Assembly (NCBI GenBank): GCA_016934075.1
Contig: JAFGTN010000578.1
Coordinates: 1 to 42,454, forward strand
Origin: Pirellulales bacterium
Lineage (GTDB): Bacteria > Planctomycetota > Planctomycetia > Pirellulales > Thermoguttaceae
Reading direction: 5' to 3'
DNA: 42,454 nucleotides
Position 1 is the first letter of the stretch; each line of letters begins with the position of its first letter. A model generated the notes under the pieces. That model did no database searches. It saw only the letters and a list, made by a program, of their open reading frames with translations, and was not told the origin of the DNA. Shown in pieces: positions 26,012 through 35,031 of the stretch. The position numbers and the translations under genes were made by a program.

Positions 26012-28222
26012 TCAGCCTAACATTGATTTTTTGCAATCCATTTTCGCCACGACAATAAACATTTGATCTGCATACGCAGAAAGTCCTATCTTGCGGAGCA
26101 TCTTTGATAAGAATGGCGTTTGCTCGTAGAATTGTTTTTCTAATATGTCCAAGCCACATGCTTTGAGCTTAGATTCTATCTCCTCCAATGTGCAGACGTG
26201 CTTAACATGCTTATAATATCCAGGACGCCCAATGATTTTATAAGCAATTGGCTCAGCCATCCTGTAAAGACTTTGTTTGTTCGGCATGGAAATCATTAAC
26301 ACACCGTTGTTTTTCATTAGGGAAAAAAGTGATTTCAGTGACGCATCTAGATCGTCCAAGTACTCCAACACGCTGGAACAAATAATCAGGTCTACCTTTT
26401 CATCCAGGAGTTCTCTCAGATATTTGATGTCGCATTCCAAGAAATCGACATTATTCAGTCCTGCCTGTTTCTTTTTTTCTTGACAGATATTTAACATTTC
26501 TGTGCTGGCATCAATTCCAGTAACGCTTGTGGTTCTTTCCGCCAAGTAGAAGCTAAAAATACCACTACCACAGCCGACATCCAAAACACTCATGTCGGGG
26601 GAGCAATATTTGTCGATCATCCTTGTCCAAACAGCATACCGCTCGATAAAGTTTTTGCTTTTCGAATATCTAAGATCGAAATTTCCTGCAATCTGCGTGT
26701 GCCATTCAACAGCATTTTGCGCTGGTACCATAGAATCTTGTATCAAAGTGGTCGGCTGTGAAGTTATCACGCTTTGGTCATACGTAATTGCGTACGTCTC
26801 CCAATAGGTCGGAACGGAAAGATTCTGTTCTATCATGATGTGCTTGCCGCTTCTGCTTTTTTTCAATCGTTCGACTTCCTCGATTTCCACAGCAACATCG
26901 TTTCCAAGTTTTGTTTTCAAGGTTTTTAGGATAATCGCCTTTTGTTCCTCGCCATAATCAGCCCGCGGCACGACTCTAAATACTACGTGGCCTGGCCGGT
27001 CCTGATAGTACTGTGTTTCGTAGACGTATTTGGAGATGTTGAAATGCGCGGCACCCATCACGCATATCGAAATCAAACGATGGTCGGCCGTTACAATAAA
27101 TTCCTGCAACCGGCCTTCCACGTCGCTTATTATGGGATGGTGCCGTCCGCATTTGCAATCGGGCTCGCCAATGGTGCCGTAATCCTGCGTACGGTATCGT
27201 ATCAACGGCATAACTCGGTTGTGAAAACTGGTTCCCACCAATTCTCCCATGGCTCCCGGCCTGTCGAGGATGTCGCCATTGGTATTCATCACTTCCAAGT
27301 ACCCATACTGAGGGTAGAAATGCAGGTTGTGACTCTCTTCGCATTCCATTCCCAAAAGAACCATTTCCGAATGTCCGTAGAAGCTGAATATTCTGCACCC
27401 GAAGACTTTTGCCATCAATTCCCGTTGCCATGGGAAAACATTTTCGGAAGAAAGGCAGACCGCCTTGAGCTTGGGAAAATCTCTTCGTGGATTGTTCTTC
27501 AAGAATTGCGCGAGTTGGTTGATCGAAGACACATATCCTATGAGAAATTCCGGCTTGAAGTCTCTAATCTTGTCCAGATATAGAGGAATGTACGATTCGG
27601 TCAAGTAGTTGCTGTTCATTTCCAGGTATCCCTGGATGGGTTCGTATTCCCAGAATATATTCTGCTCGGGCTTTCCCACGCTACGCCCTTCTAACTGAAC
27701 GGTACGTGCGCGTGGATAATAGCCGACCCGTGCACAACCATCCCAGATAAAAGCGCGCTCCTTGCTGCGAGTGACTCCTTTTTCCTGCAGAAAACTGAGC
27801 GGTTCAATCGTGCTGCCTCCGGTCGTGGTTATCAGATGCCGCCAAGCCGGCACATTGTCGGCTATCAAATCGTTGTAATTCTCTTGAATGTCCTTCTTGG
27901 ATAGCATGGGGAATTTTTTTATGTCGCCAAGGCAGGTAAAGTCGGCCGGAGAAAGCCCGTACTCGGAGAAGGTTTTTTTGTAATACGGAACATGCTCGTA
28001 AGCTTGCGTCAGTGTGTTCAGCATTTCCACATATTGATAATCCTCACACTGTTGCTTTGACCAATACTGCGAAGTTTTCAGGAGTTTCTTGAACCTCACA
28101 TAGCTACCGCCAAGTCGCAATCTCTGCGGGATCATGTGGTACAGACTTCCCACGATAGCTTTCTGCCAAGCCGGAAGGGCAAAATAGAGTGCCCTGGGTT
28201 TTCTGAGGATATCTTCAAGCAT
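26012..28222 (-). CDS. Fusion protein: PaaK/coenzyme-F390-synthetase-like adenylate-forming enzyme (N-terminal) + class I SAM-dependent methyltransferase (C-terminal)
   Basis: 736 aa; the ATG at 28220-28222 overlaps the upstream CapA-like stop by 8 nt. Ligase motifs: TTTGGSTIEP, FYGHSEMV, GELVGTSFHNRVMPLIRYRTQDYG, SRSGKHIMI. The MTase domain (nt ~26015-26755) has motif I VLDVGCGSGIF and the DLIICSSVLEYL motif. Confidence 0.75.
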   Translation of the reverse strand: MLEDILRKPRALYFALPAWQKAIVGSLYHMIPQRLRLGGSYVRFKKLLKTSQYWSKQQCEDYQYVEMLNTLTQAYEHVPYYKKTFSEYGLSPADFTCLGDIKKFPMLSKKDIQENYNDLIADNVPAWRHLITTTGGSTIEPLSFLQEKGVTRSKERAFIWDGCARVGYYPRARTVQLEGRSVGKPEQNIFWEYEPIQGYLEMNSNYLTESYIPLYLDKIRDFKPEFLIGYVSSINQLAQFLKNNPRRDFPKLKAVCLSSENVFPWQRELMAKVFGCRIFSFYGHSEMVLLGMECEESHNLHFYPQYGYLEVMNTNGDILDRPGAMGELVGTSFHNRVMPLIRYRTQDYGTIGEPDCKCGRHHPIISDVEGRLQEFIVTADHRLISICVMGAAHFNISKYVYETQYYQDRPGHVVFRVVPRADYGEEQKAIILKTLKTKLGNDVAVEIEEVERLKKSRSGKHIMIEQNLSVPTYWETYAITYDQSVITSQPTTLIQDSMVPAQNAVEWHTQIAGNFDLRYSKSKNFIERYAVWTRMIDKYCSPDMSVLDVGCGSGIFSFYLAERTTSVTGIDASTEMLNICQEKKKQAGLNNVDFLECDIKYLRELLDEKVDLIICSSVLEYLDDLDASLKSLFSLMKNNGVLMISMPNKQSLYRMAEPIAYKIIGRPGYYKHVKHVCTLEEIESKLKACGLDILEKQFYEQTPFLSKMLRKIGLSAYADQMFIVVAKMDCKKSMLG

Positions 28223-29246
28223 GATTAATATAGTACCGGATTTGCATAGGTAAAAACAGCCATATCAGAAACTTAAGCATCAGCGTGGGACTTTTTGTTT
28301 TCACGCATTGCTTTTTCCAGACCTTATACTCGTGGGAATACCATTTTGCATAGTGGTCGGAAAACCATGTCGTCGTTTCGATGGACTGAACGATGTGACA
28401 TAAATTTTCAAGTCGGTTTAGAAGTTCATCTTTGTCATGCCCCGTAGCCGCAAAGGGCTGATAATTGTCGTTGATACGATAAGGCACGGGTTCCGCACGT
28501 CCGTTTTGCGGGTCGTAGCGGACCATGTATCCCCATTTGTTATTTTCCGATGGTTTCTTGTCGAACTGCCAAAAGTTGAAATTCCCCAATGAGTAAAAAA
28601 TCGTCGCATCGCGGTAAACTTCCCATCCTTGCGGAACATGAGGATGGTGGCCGATGATCAGGTTGGCGCCGGCATCGACGAGCCGCCGGGCTAAGTCACG
28701 CTGAAACGGTGCCGGGGCATCCGTGTGTTCATAACCCCAATGCAGGTTGACCACGCGGCGCTGAGCATTCGAGTCACGGACCATTTTTTCCAGCCTCCTG
28801 GCAAGCGGCCCATTGAATGACAATCGGATGATGGGTAAGGAAAAGTATGCGCTGAAAAATTCAAATGAAAGGCTCTTGATCTCGGTGGACATTCGTGCTG
28901 GATTATCCGGGCCAATCACGATCTTCCCTCGCTGCCGCAATGCAAGCGCCAAGTCTGCCGGATCGCTCCGGTCAGACATATGGTTATTCACAATACTGAC
29001 AAGCGACACGTTTTGGGGAATACAATCCAAAGTATTTTCGTCAACACTCAAAGTAACATTTTTGTCTGTATATCTCCCCCCTTCCAAAGATGTCTCGCAA
29101 TTAATGCAGGTCATGTACCCATCAATCCCCTTGTTGATGATCGCGAACGGGTCGTCGCCATTACGTGTTCGCAAAAAAGCGTCGCCACAAAAAAGGAGCG
29201 ATAACTCTTTTGCTTTTGTCGGGGAGCAATCTGGTTCACAAACCAT
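28215..29246 (-). CDS. CapA/PgsA-like (PGA_cap, metallophosphoesterase-fold) protein
   Basis: Start placed at ATG 29244-29246 (MVCEPD...), 10 nt after GGGAG and 1 nt after the upstream GT2 stop. The track start at 29315 lies inside the GT2 gene. Motifs: LLFCGD, NLHWGYEHT, GANLIIGHHPHVPQG, FYSLGNF. Confidence 0.7.
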   Translation of the reverse strand: MVCEPDCSPTKAKELSLLFCGDAFLRTRNGDDPFAIINKGIDGYMTCINCETSLEGGRYTDKNVTLSVDENTLDCIPQNVSLVSIVNNHMSDRSDPADLALALRQRGKIVIGPDNPARMSTEIKSLSFEFFSAYFSLPIIRLSFNGPLARRLEKMVRDSNAQRRVVNLHWGYEHTDAPAPFQRDLARRLVDAGANLIIGHHPHVPQGWEVYRDATIFYSLGNFNFWQFDKKPSENNKWGYMVRYDPQNGRAEPVPYRINDNYQPFAATGHDKDELLNRLENLCHIVQSIETTTWFSDHYAKWYSHEYKVWKKQCVKTKSPTLMLKFLIWLFLPMQIRYYINHA

Positions 29247-29247
29247 C

Positions 29248-30156
29248 TTATGGGCTCCCATTATCTTCAACACACACGGATTTTTGCAGTGCCGATGCCA
29301 AAACCCGCGGGTCATAATCTCCGCACGGAGCCTTTGGCAGTTCTGGTATTCTCCCGGTGGTTTTCATTTCAATTGCTTTTAGTTCACGCATGCGCCGGGC
29401 GGTTATTTGCAAACGCACCCATGTCAAACCACTCTTTCCATCTCGCCATGCGCCACGTACAAATACTTCATAGAACCATTGTATTTGATAACGAAAAGGA
29501 AGGCGGAAAAACAACTTTATTAAAAACATATGACGTTCGAGCGGCGTACCGAATAATTTTGGCTCCGCAGACATCTTCTGCCCTTTCATCTTTTGTATCG
29601 CCAGCATAGTCGTATATCGATTCTGCTTGTCCCACCAGTGATGTAAATCCGGGCTGCCATGATGTTCAATGAAGCTGCGTAGCCGCCCTGTCGTTCCATC
29701 CACAATGAGGTGCTCGTTGACGGTAACATCTGAAATACGAGCTTTGTTCTTTCGCCATAGCCGCACCACGCAGATTTTGGGATGCATGGGCTTGCCCATG
29801 AACCAAAGTCGCACCGGGACGACAAAAGCATCTTCCTTGGTGTCGGTCGCGAAAACCGAGCGTATTTCGTCTTTCAACTCGTTGCTGATTCTCTCGTCGG
29901 CGTCCAACTTCAGTACCCATGGCGTTTTGATCGGTAGTTTTTGCAAGGCGAAGTTCCACTGGTCGCCGAAATTCGTGAAGTGGCGCTGCACGATACCCAC
30001 ACCATTTTCCAGGGCGATATCCACCGTCCGATCAGTACTGCAGCTGTCAACGATAAAAATCTCTTCCGCCCAATCCTTCACGCTTTCAATAGCGCCGGGA
30101 AGGTTGAACTCTTCGTTGAGCGTGAGCATTATGACCGTAAGGGGTAGTTTTTCCAT
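29248..30156 (-). CDS. Glycosyltransferase family 2 (paralogue A, 302 aa)
   Basis: ATG at 30154-30156. The GT-A N-terminus is LTVIMLTLNEEFNLPGAIESV...VDSCSTDRT, with LDADE as the DxD-type motif. Confidence 0.85.
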   Translation of the reverse strand: MEKLPLTVIMLTLNEEFNLPGAIESVKDWAEEIFIVDSCSTDRTVDIALENGVGIVQRHFTNFGDQWNFALQKLPIKTPWVLKLDADERISNELKDEIRSVFATDTKEDAFVVPVRLWFMGKPMHPKICVVRLWRKNKARISDVTVNEHLIVDGTTGRLRSFIEHHGSPDLHHWWDKQNRYTTMLAIQKMKGQKMSAEPKLFGTPLERHMFLIKLFFRLPFRYQIQWFYEVFVRGAWRDGKSGLTWVRLQITARRMRELKAIEMKTTGRIPELPKAPCGDYDPRVLASALQKSVCVEDNGSP

Positions 30157-30182
30157 TGTTCATCAACGCCTGTCGAGAAACC

Positions 30183-31091
30183 TCAGTCGGATAAACGGTT
30201 ATCAGAGAATACTAACTTCTGTAAGTCGGACGCCAGTATTCTTGGGTCATAATCTCCGTGGGGCGCCTTTGGCTCTTCCGGTATACGCCCGGTGGTTTTT
30301 ATTTCCTTGACTTTTAGTTCTATCATTCGCAGTTTTACTATTTCCCCTCTTGCACAAGTCAGCCCCCTAAAACCGTCGCGCCATGCGCCGCGCACAAATA
30401 TCTCGTATATCCATTGCAGTTGATAACGGAACGGCACACTAAAAAAGATCTTCTTCAGATACATGCGACGCTCTAAAGGCGATCCGAAAAACTTCGGGGT
30501 GGTAGCCATGGCATCTCCTCGAACACGCATTATCGCTTCCATCGTTGTATAGCGATTCTGCTTTTCACACCAATGATGTAAATCCGGGCTGTCGTGGTGT
30601 TCGATATGGCATTGAAGACGTCCGGTGATTCCATCCACGATGAGATGTTCGTTGACAATAACATCAGAAAAGCGGGATTTGTTTTTTCGCCATAGTCGTA
30701 CAACATAAACCTTCGTGTGTATGGGCTTGCCCATAAACCAATTACGGACCGGGATAACAAACGCGGCTTCCTCCGGATCGGTTGACAGAACCTCGCATAT
30801 TTCTTCTTTCAACTCGTTGTTGACTCTCTCGTCAGCATCTAATTTCATCATCCACTCTGTTTTGATCGGCAGGTTATCAATTGCCCAGTTCCATTGATCG
30901 CTATAATTCGTGAAAGGACGCTGCACGATCCCAACCCCGTGCTCAAGAGCGATATCAACTGTACGGTCCGTACTGCAACTATCAACAACAAATACTTCTT
31001 CCGCCCATCCTTTTACGCTTTCAATAGCCCCGGGGAGGTTGAATTCCTCGTTGAGCGTGAGAATAATCACCGTGATTGGTAGTTTGGCCAT
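30183..31091 (-). CDS. Glycosyltransferase family 2 (paralogue B, 302 aa)
   Basis: ATG at 31089-31091. ITVIILTLNEEFNLPGAIESV...VDSCSTDRT and LDADE are present. It aligns without gaps to the neighbouring GT2. Confidence 0.85.
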   Translation of the reverse strand: MAKLPITVIILTLNEEFNLPGAIESVKGWAEEVFVVDSCSTDRTVDIALEHGVGIVQRPFTNYSDQWNWAIDNLPIKTEWMMKLDADERVNNELKEEICEVLSTDPEEAAFVIPVRNWFMGKPIHTKVYVVRLWRKNKSRFSDVIVNEHLIVDGITGRLQCHIEHHDSPDLHHWCEKQNRYTTMEAIMRVRGDAMATTPKFFGSPLERRMYLKKIFFSVPFRYQLQWIYEIFVRGAWRDGFRGLTCARGEIVKLRMIELKVKEIKTTGRIPEEPKAPHGDYDPRILASDLQKLVFSDNRLSD

Positions 31092-31129
31092 TAATCTTAC
31101 CTTGCAATCCTACGGAATTTAACTTCTTT

Positions 31130-31780
31130 TTACAGGGCTACTTCCAGAACTTGCCGCACAGCCTGATCCATGGCCCCGCAATTATCGATAGTGTGCACGG
31201 GGCCAAACGTACACAAATCCTCATATAGCTTGAATCTGATTTCAAAATCCCGGCTGATCCTGTTTTCTTCACGGCAGGCCAACACTTCGCCGCGCTCTCG
31301 CATAATTACAAAGGCTTTTGCACTTGTGGGAACCATTCCCCAAAACATTTTCCATACAAAGTCTTTTCCAAGTTGCTTCTTTCCCGTATCAACAGCAATA
31401 TCAACGAGAATATCTGGAACCCAGCGATCACAAATCACAATCCGTCTTAATATATAAGCCGGAAAATGAACCTTCAGCAGGGATGCCAATAACGTATCGA
31501 TATAAGTAGCCGCAATAAACAGGACCGATATCAACCGCGAGCGCGAAAACTCATGGTAGGAGGCAACGCGGCGGCCATCTTGTATATCGTATCCATAGAA
31601 TCCCAGAAGCTTTGCCAAAGCAAACACCACTCTGGTCGAGTAATGATTATACCTTAGCCAGGGAGTGTATATACGACCTCCCCGCTGCTGGAGATTTTTT
31701 TTCAACTCATTGATGATCGTGCTTTTACCACTACCATCAATTCCGCTGATTATGAAAATGTGAGATTTGATTTTAGACAC
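31130..31780 (-). CDS. P-loop kinase of the thymidylate-kinase (dTMP kinase-like) fold, substrate unknown
   Basis: The P-loop ISGIDGSGKST (nt ~31715-31750) and a DRW motif (ICDRWVPD) are spaced as in Tmk. The track start at 31820-31822 is TTG and overlaps the upstream GT by 50 nt. GTG at 31778-31780 (VSKIKSHIFIISG...) gives a normal P-loop offset and was chosen. The start is uncertain. Confidence 0.6.
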   Translation of the reverse strand: MSKIKSHIFIISGIDGSGKSTIINELKKNLQQRGGRIYTPWLRYNHYSTRVVFALAKLLGFYGYDIQDGRRVASYHEFSRSRLISVLFIAATYIDTLLASLLKVHFPAYILRRIVICDRWVPDILVDIAVDTGKKQLGKDFVWKMFWGMVPTSAKAFVIMRERGEVLACREENRISRDFEIRFKLYEDLCTFGPVHTIDNCGAMDQAVRQVLEVAL

Positions 31781-32984
31781 TTTTGCATACCGATTCGCCA
31801 AAATCGATCCAGGAGTTGGCAACCGATTCCCAGGTAGGGTGGCTGCCCATTATTGCCAGACAAGCTTCCACTTTTTCTCTGCGTGTTTCATCGTCGAGCG
31901 CGGCGGAAATAATGGCTTCGGATAGGGGCGCCACCTTTCCGGGAGGAATGATCCAGCCGCCTTTGCTTATATATTCGGATGTGCCGCCTGATTGGGTTGT
32001 GATGACCGGGGTGCCCAATTGCATCGCCTCCAAAATACCCAAAGGTATCTCCGTGGGAATATAGAGAAAAGGCATAACTACTGCCCGAGCCCGCTTGATG
32101 CTCGCTTGGATTTCCCGGGAAGACAGATTTTTGGTGACGCAAATAAAACGTTCGCGCATATTCAAATCATCGATACTACGTAGAACGTTTTGCCGGGCAA
32201 TTTCCATCTCTCTTCCAGGATCGGGCCGCAACAAACATACAATTTTCAGGTTCTTGCATCGTTCAAATACTTTCGGAGCGGCGGACAGCAATACATTTAT
32301 TCCGCGAACCGGAAGGGGATTGCCAAGAAATAAAACGTAATCCTGATCTCCATTCGCAAAATCAAGTTCATCGTGACACTGTGTCTGACCGTCAGGTTCT
32401 TCTTTGGCGGGCATACCTGGGAGGACGGCAATGCTGCGCCGACTTGGCCAACCGGCATTCACAAAGTCTTGCCGTGTAAACTCGGTCATGCACAACACTC
32501 CGCTTACTCTTCTTTTTTTCAGTTTCCGGACAAGTAACCTTTTGGGCAGGAACGCCTCGACCATAAGATTCTTCAGTCGGGTTAACGGCATATACCGCAT
32601 TGCGGCCAGAACTTGTGGAAGACGATGGCAACCTCCGTCTTGATAAACTACCGTGGGACAATCCCAACCGTGCCAGTGGGAATAGGGTTTTAGGGCATCT
32701 CGCCAGGCAACCGGCCAATAAACCAGATCGGGATAGAAATCATCCGCTCCAGGTCGGCAAACTCGGATGTTTTGATAAAACCACACGGGCACATCATACT
32801 CTTGGCTTACGCAGGGATGATCTATATTGCGGTTTATTGAAATTAGCCGGGCATCATATCCACGTCGTCGCATTCCGGCCACCACTTCACACACCGTCCT
32901 CCAAGGCAACAAACGTTTCCGTTTGGGCAATAAGTCGTATGTTACAATGGCAATTTGCGTTTTCAACTGGGCTACTCCGAGCAT
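31773..32984 (-). CDS. Glycosyltransferase, GT-B fold (GT4/GT1-like)
   Basis: The C-terminal region TEIPLGILEAMQLGTPVITTQSGGTSEYI is the GT4 E-x7-E region. The track start at 33027-33029 is GTG, with ATGs at 33015-33017 and 32982-32984. The last one (MLGVAQLKTQIAIVTYD) was chosen because GT-B proteins start near the first beta-strand. The start is uncertain. Confidence 0.75.
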   Translation of the reverse strand: MLGVAQLKTQIAIVTYDLLPKRKRLLPWRTVCEVVAGMRRRGYDARLISINRNIDHPCVSQEYDVPVWFYQNIRVCRPGADDFYPDLVYWPVAWRDALKPYSHWHGWDCPTVVYQDGGCHRLPQVLAAMRYMPLTRLKNLMVEAFLPKRLLVRKLKKRRVSGVLCMTEFTRQDFVNAGWPSRRSIAVLPGMPAKEEPDGQTQCHDELDFANGDQDYVLFLGNPLPVRGINVLLSAAPKVFERCKNLKIVCLLRPDPGREMEIARQNVLRSIDDLNMRERFICVTKNLSSREIQASIKRARAVVMPFLYIPTEIPLGILEAMQLGTPVITTQSGGTSEYISKGGWIIPPGKVAPLSEAIISAALDDETRREKVEACLAIMGSHPTWESVANSWIDFGESVCKSV

Positions 32985-34162
32985 TGCGTTTGCTGAGACT
33001 TGGCGAGTTGAACACATTTGCGTAGCCACGCTTCGGTTTGGTCAAGCATATGATCAATTGTAAAATATTGATCAAACCGCTGCTTTGCCGCTTCCGATAA
33101 TCTGCGAGCCATGGCAGGATCTTCAATCATACGGCCCAGTGCATTGCCGAGCGCCTCTGCATTCTTTGACGGTACAATCAGTGCTTCTTTCTCGTCACGA
33201 ACAGATTCCGTGTTCCCGCCGACATCTGTCGATACAATCGCCTTTCCCGCACGCATGGCCTCGAGCAAAGCGATTGAATGAAATTCTGCCAGCGAAGGAA
33301 GCGCGAATATATCGAAAAACTCATACCATGCCTGAATGTTGTGCTGATACCCAACAAAATGGACATTGGAAGCAATTCCAAGCTGCTGGCATTGCTGCTT
33401 CAATTGCTCCGTACAGTCGCCGTCACCAACCATCACCAGATGTACTTTGGGGTGTCTTTTAAGAACAGATGGAAACGCATCGATGAGATATGACAACCCC
33501 TTCACTGGATCTAACCGAGAAATAACACCGATAATAATGTCGTCATCTTTTAGTCCCAAAGATGATCGTTGGATAGACTCGCAAGAAGGCGCAATAGCAT
33601 CAATGCCGTTATGCACAACTGTGATTTTATCCGCGTCAACTCCTCGATCTATCAGATATTGCTTACAAAATTCGGCTACCGCTACAACAGAAAGCGTCCG
33701 ACGCTGATACATCTTGGGAGTTAGCCAATTCCGGATAGGCTGAATTAATTTCTTACTCGGACTTGGGGCCGTATAGAAACCATGGTATGACGATACGTAA
33801 GGTAAGTGCCGCTTTACTTTTCGCTGCAGCAACCATGCAAATCCACTTGCTACACAACCTCCATGGACAAGTAACAGATCAGGTGAAAAACGGTTGATTC
33901 GTTCAACGCAAGGATCAATCCATGAAAAATCAAATCTTCCGCGAATCATCATTTCGTCGAGATCATACGAATCCAGATCAGCTCTGTTACAGATCCATTC
34001 CGGGCAATTAAGAACAACCGTTTGCAACTCGATATTGTCGCGCTCGTTTAGCAACGACAGCATTGCGGTATATTTTGCCACGCCACCGTGAAATCCATTC
34101 ACGAGGCTGAATACCTTGATCGGTTGCAGTTGTTCGATGCTCTGGTTGTCGAGACCACCCAT
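32972..34162 (-). CDS. Glycosyltransferase family 4
   Basis: ATG at 34160-34162. Motifs: LVMVGDGD, LPSLAEFHSIALLEAMRAGKAIVSTDVGGNTESV (E-x7-E). Confidence 0.85.
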   Translation of the reverse strand: MGGLDNQSIEQLQPIKVFSLVNGFHGGVAKYTAMLSLLNERDNIELQTVVLNCPEWICNRADLDSYDLDEMMIRGRFDFSWIDPCVERINRFSPDLLLVHGGCVASGFAWLLQRKVKRHLPYVSSYHGFYTAPSPSKKLIQPIRNWLTPKMYQRRTLSVVAVAEFCKQYLIDRGVDADKITVVHNGIDAIAPSCESIQRSSLGLKDDDIIIGVISRLDPVKGLSYLIDAFPSVLKRHPKVHLVMVGDGDCTEQLKQQCQQLGIASNVHFVGYQHNIQAWYEFFDIFALPSLAEFHSIALLEAMRAGKAIVSTDVGGNTESVRDEKEALIVPSKNAEALGNALGRMIEDPAMARRLSEAAKQRFDQYFTIDHMLDQTEAWLRKCVQLAKSQQTQCSE

Positions 34163-34263
34163 ATTTATGCCTTTGTTATTGTCATAGTTGGTCCTGTTAA
34201 TAACTTGTTCAAAATCTAACGTCAGCCGAATCGTTCATATCATCAAAAGAACTGGTAGTAGGA

Positions 34264-35031
34264 TTACTTGCGATCGCCGTCTTTCGCGGCGCGAGATTGT
34301 GCTTCCTGTTCAGTTCTGCTCTTCAGCACAATAGTTGGATCCGCAATTACCTCATCGAGACTCATACCTGCCTCGGGCACGGTAACGTCTCCCCGCATAA
34401 AGATGACAACCGGCTTTTCATCCTCTCTCATTTGCCGTCGAATAAATTCCATGCTATCCACGACAAGCAGGTCGGTCGGCAGGTTCATAAAGACCGAAAG
34501 CCATTTCAAACGCATGGAAATACACAACGCACTCAAAGCCGGCCAGAATCCCTTGCGCCTTATCACTCGAATGTCGATGTCGCTTCGCAGACGGAACATC
34601 CTCCGGCAGAAACTTCCATATATCAGTACGCAATCCGTGGCATTCGACGCCAGATAAGCATCTCGTACGATTTTTAAGTATTCCACCGTTTTCTCCACAC
34701 CCGCATTTTTCATAAAGCCAAGACTATCGTGCAGATATGTGTGCAGAAAACCGTCCACAATGAACATAATCGTATGTGCGACGAGAAATGAGATAAATAT
34801 ACCCCACAATGTGATCTGATAATCGTAAAACACACACACAATCAACGCCAGAGACATTACAAATACAATGCCCTCAAGCACAAAATGAAACAGTATTTCA
34901 GTCTTGTCGCGAGATTGCAACGAATGAGTAATCCATCCGACAATCATATTTCTCACTAAAACAAAACGGCCCCATTTATTTTGCGCAATCTTTGTTACAC
35001 TCTGCACCAGATTCATGTTTTGCTGATTCAT
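34264..35031 (-). CDS. Membrane-tethered minimal nucleotidyltransferase-fold (Pol-beta superfamily) protein
   Basis: The track start at 35041-35043 is TTG; the first ATG is at 35029-35031. Two predicted TM helices: ILFHFVLEGIVFVMSLALIVCVF and ITLWGIFISFLVAHTIMFIVDGF. These are followed by YGSFCRRMFRLRSDIDIRV (nt 34564..34620; DxD codons 34573..34581), the G-S-x(n)-D-x-D nucleotidyltransferase signature. Confidence 0.6.
   Translation of the reverse strand: MNQQNMNLVQSVTKIAQNKWGRFVLVRNMIVGWITHSLQSRDKTEILFHFVLEGIVFVMSLALIVCVFYDYQITLWGIFISFLVAHTIMFIVDGFLHTYLHDSLGFMKNAGVEKTVEYLKIVRDAYLASNATDCVLIYGSFCRRMFRLRSDIDIRVIRRKGFWPALSALCISMRLKWLSVFMNLPTDLLVVDSMEFIRRQMREDEKPVVIFMRGDVTVPEAGMSLDEVIADPTIVLKSRTEQEAQSRAAKDGDRK

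Larger units (their letters stand above)
29248..31091 (-). repeat. Tandem gene duplication (two 909-nt GT2 genes separated by 26 nt)
   Basis: A manual ungapped alignment of the two 302-aa products gives 213/302 identical residues, including 52 of the first 60. Confidence 0.85.

Noticed and set aside
28215-29315. Calling the CapA-like gene evidence for poly-gamma-glutamate capsule synthesis
   Set aside because: No CapB/PgsB (Mur-ligase-like) or CapC/PgsC genes are in the window. The PGA_cap fold occurs widely outside PGA systems.
26942-30310. Plus-strand 189-213-aa ORFs (26942..27583, 28813..29382, 29669..30310) opposite the ligase, CapA-like and GT2 genes
   Set aside because: The minus-strand partners have strong family motifs and coupled starts. 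The plus-strand translations are featureless.
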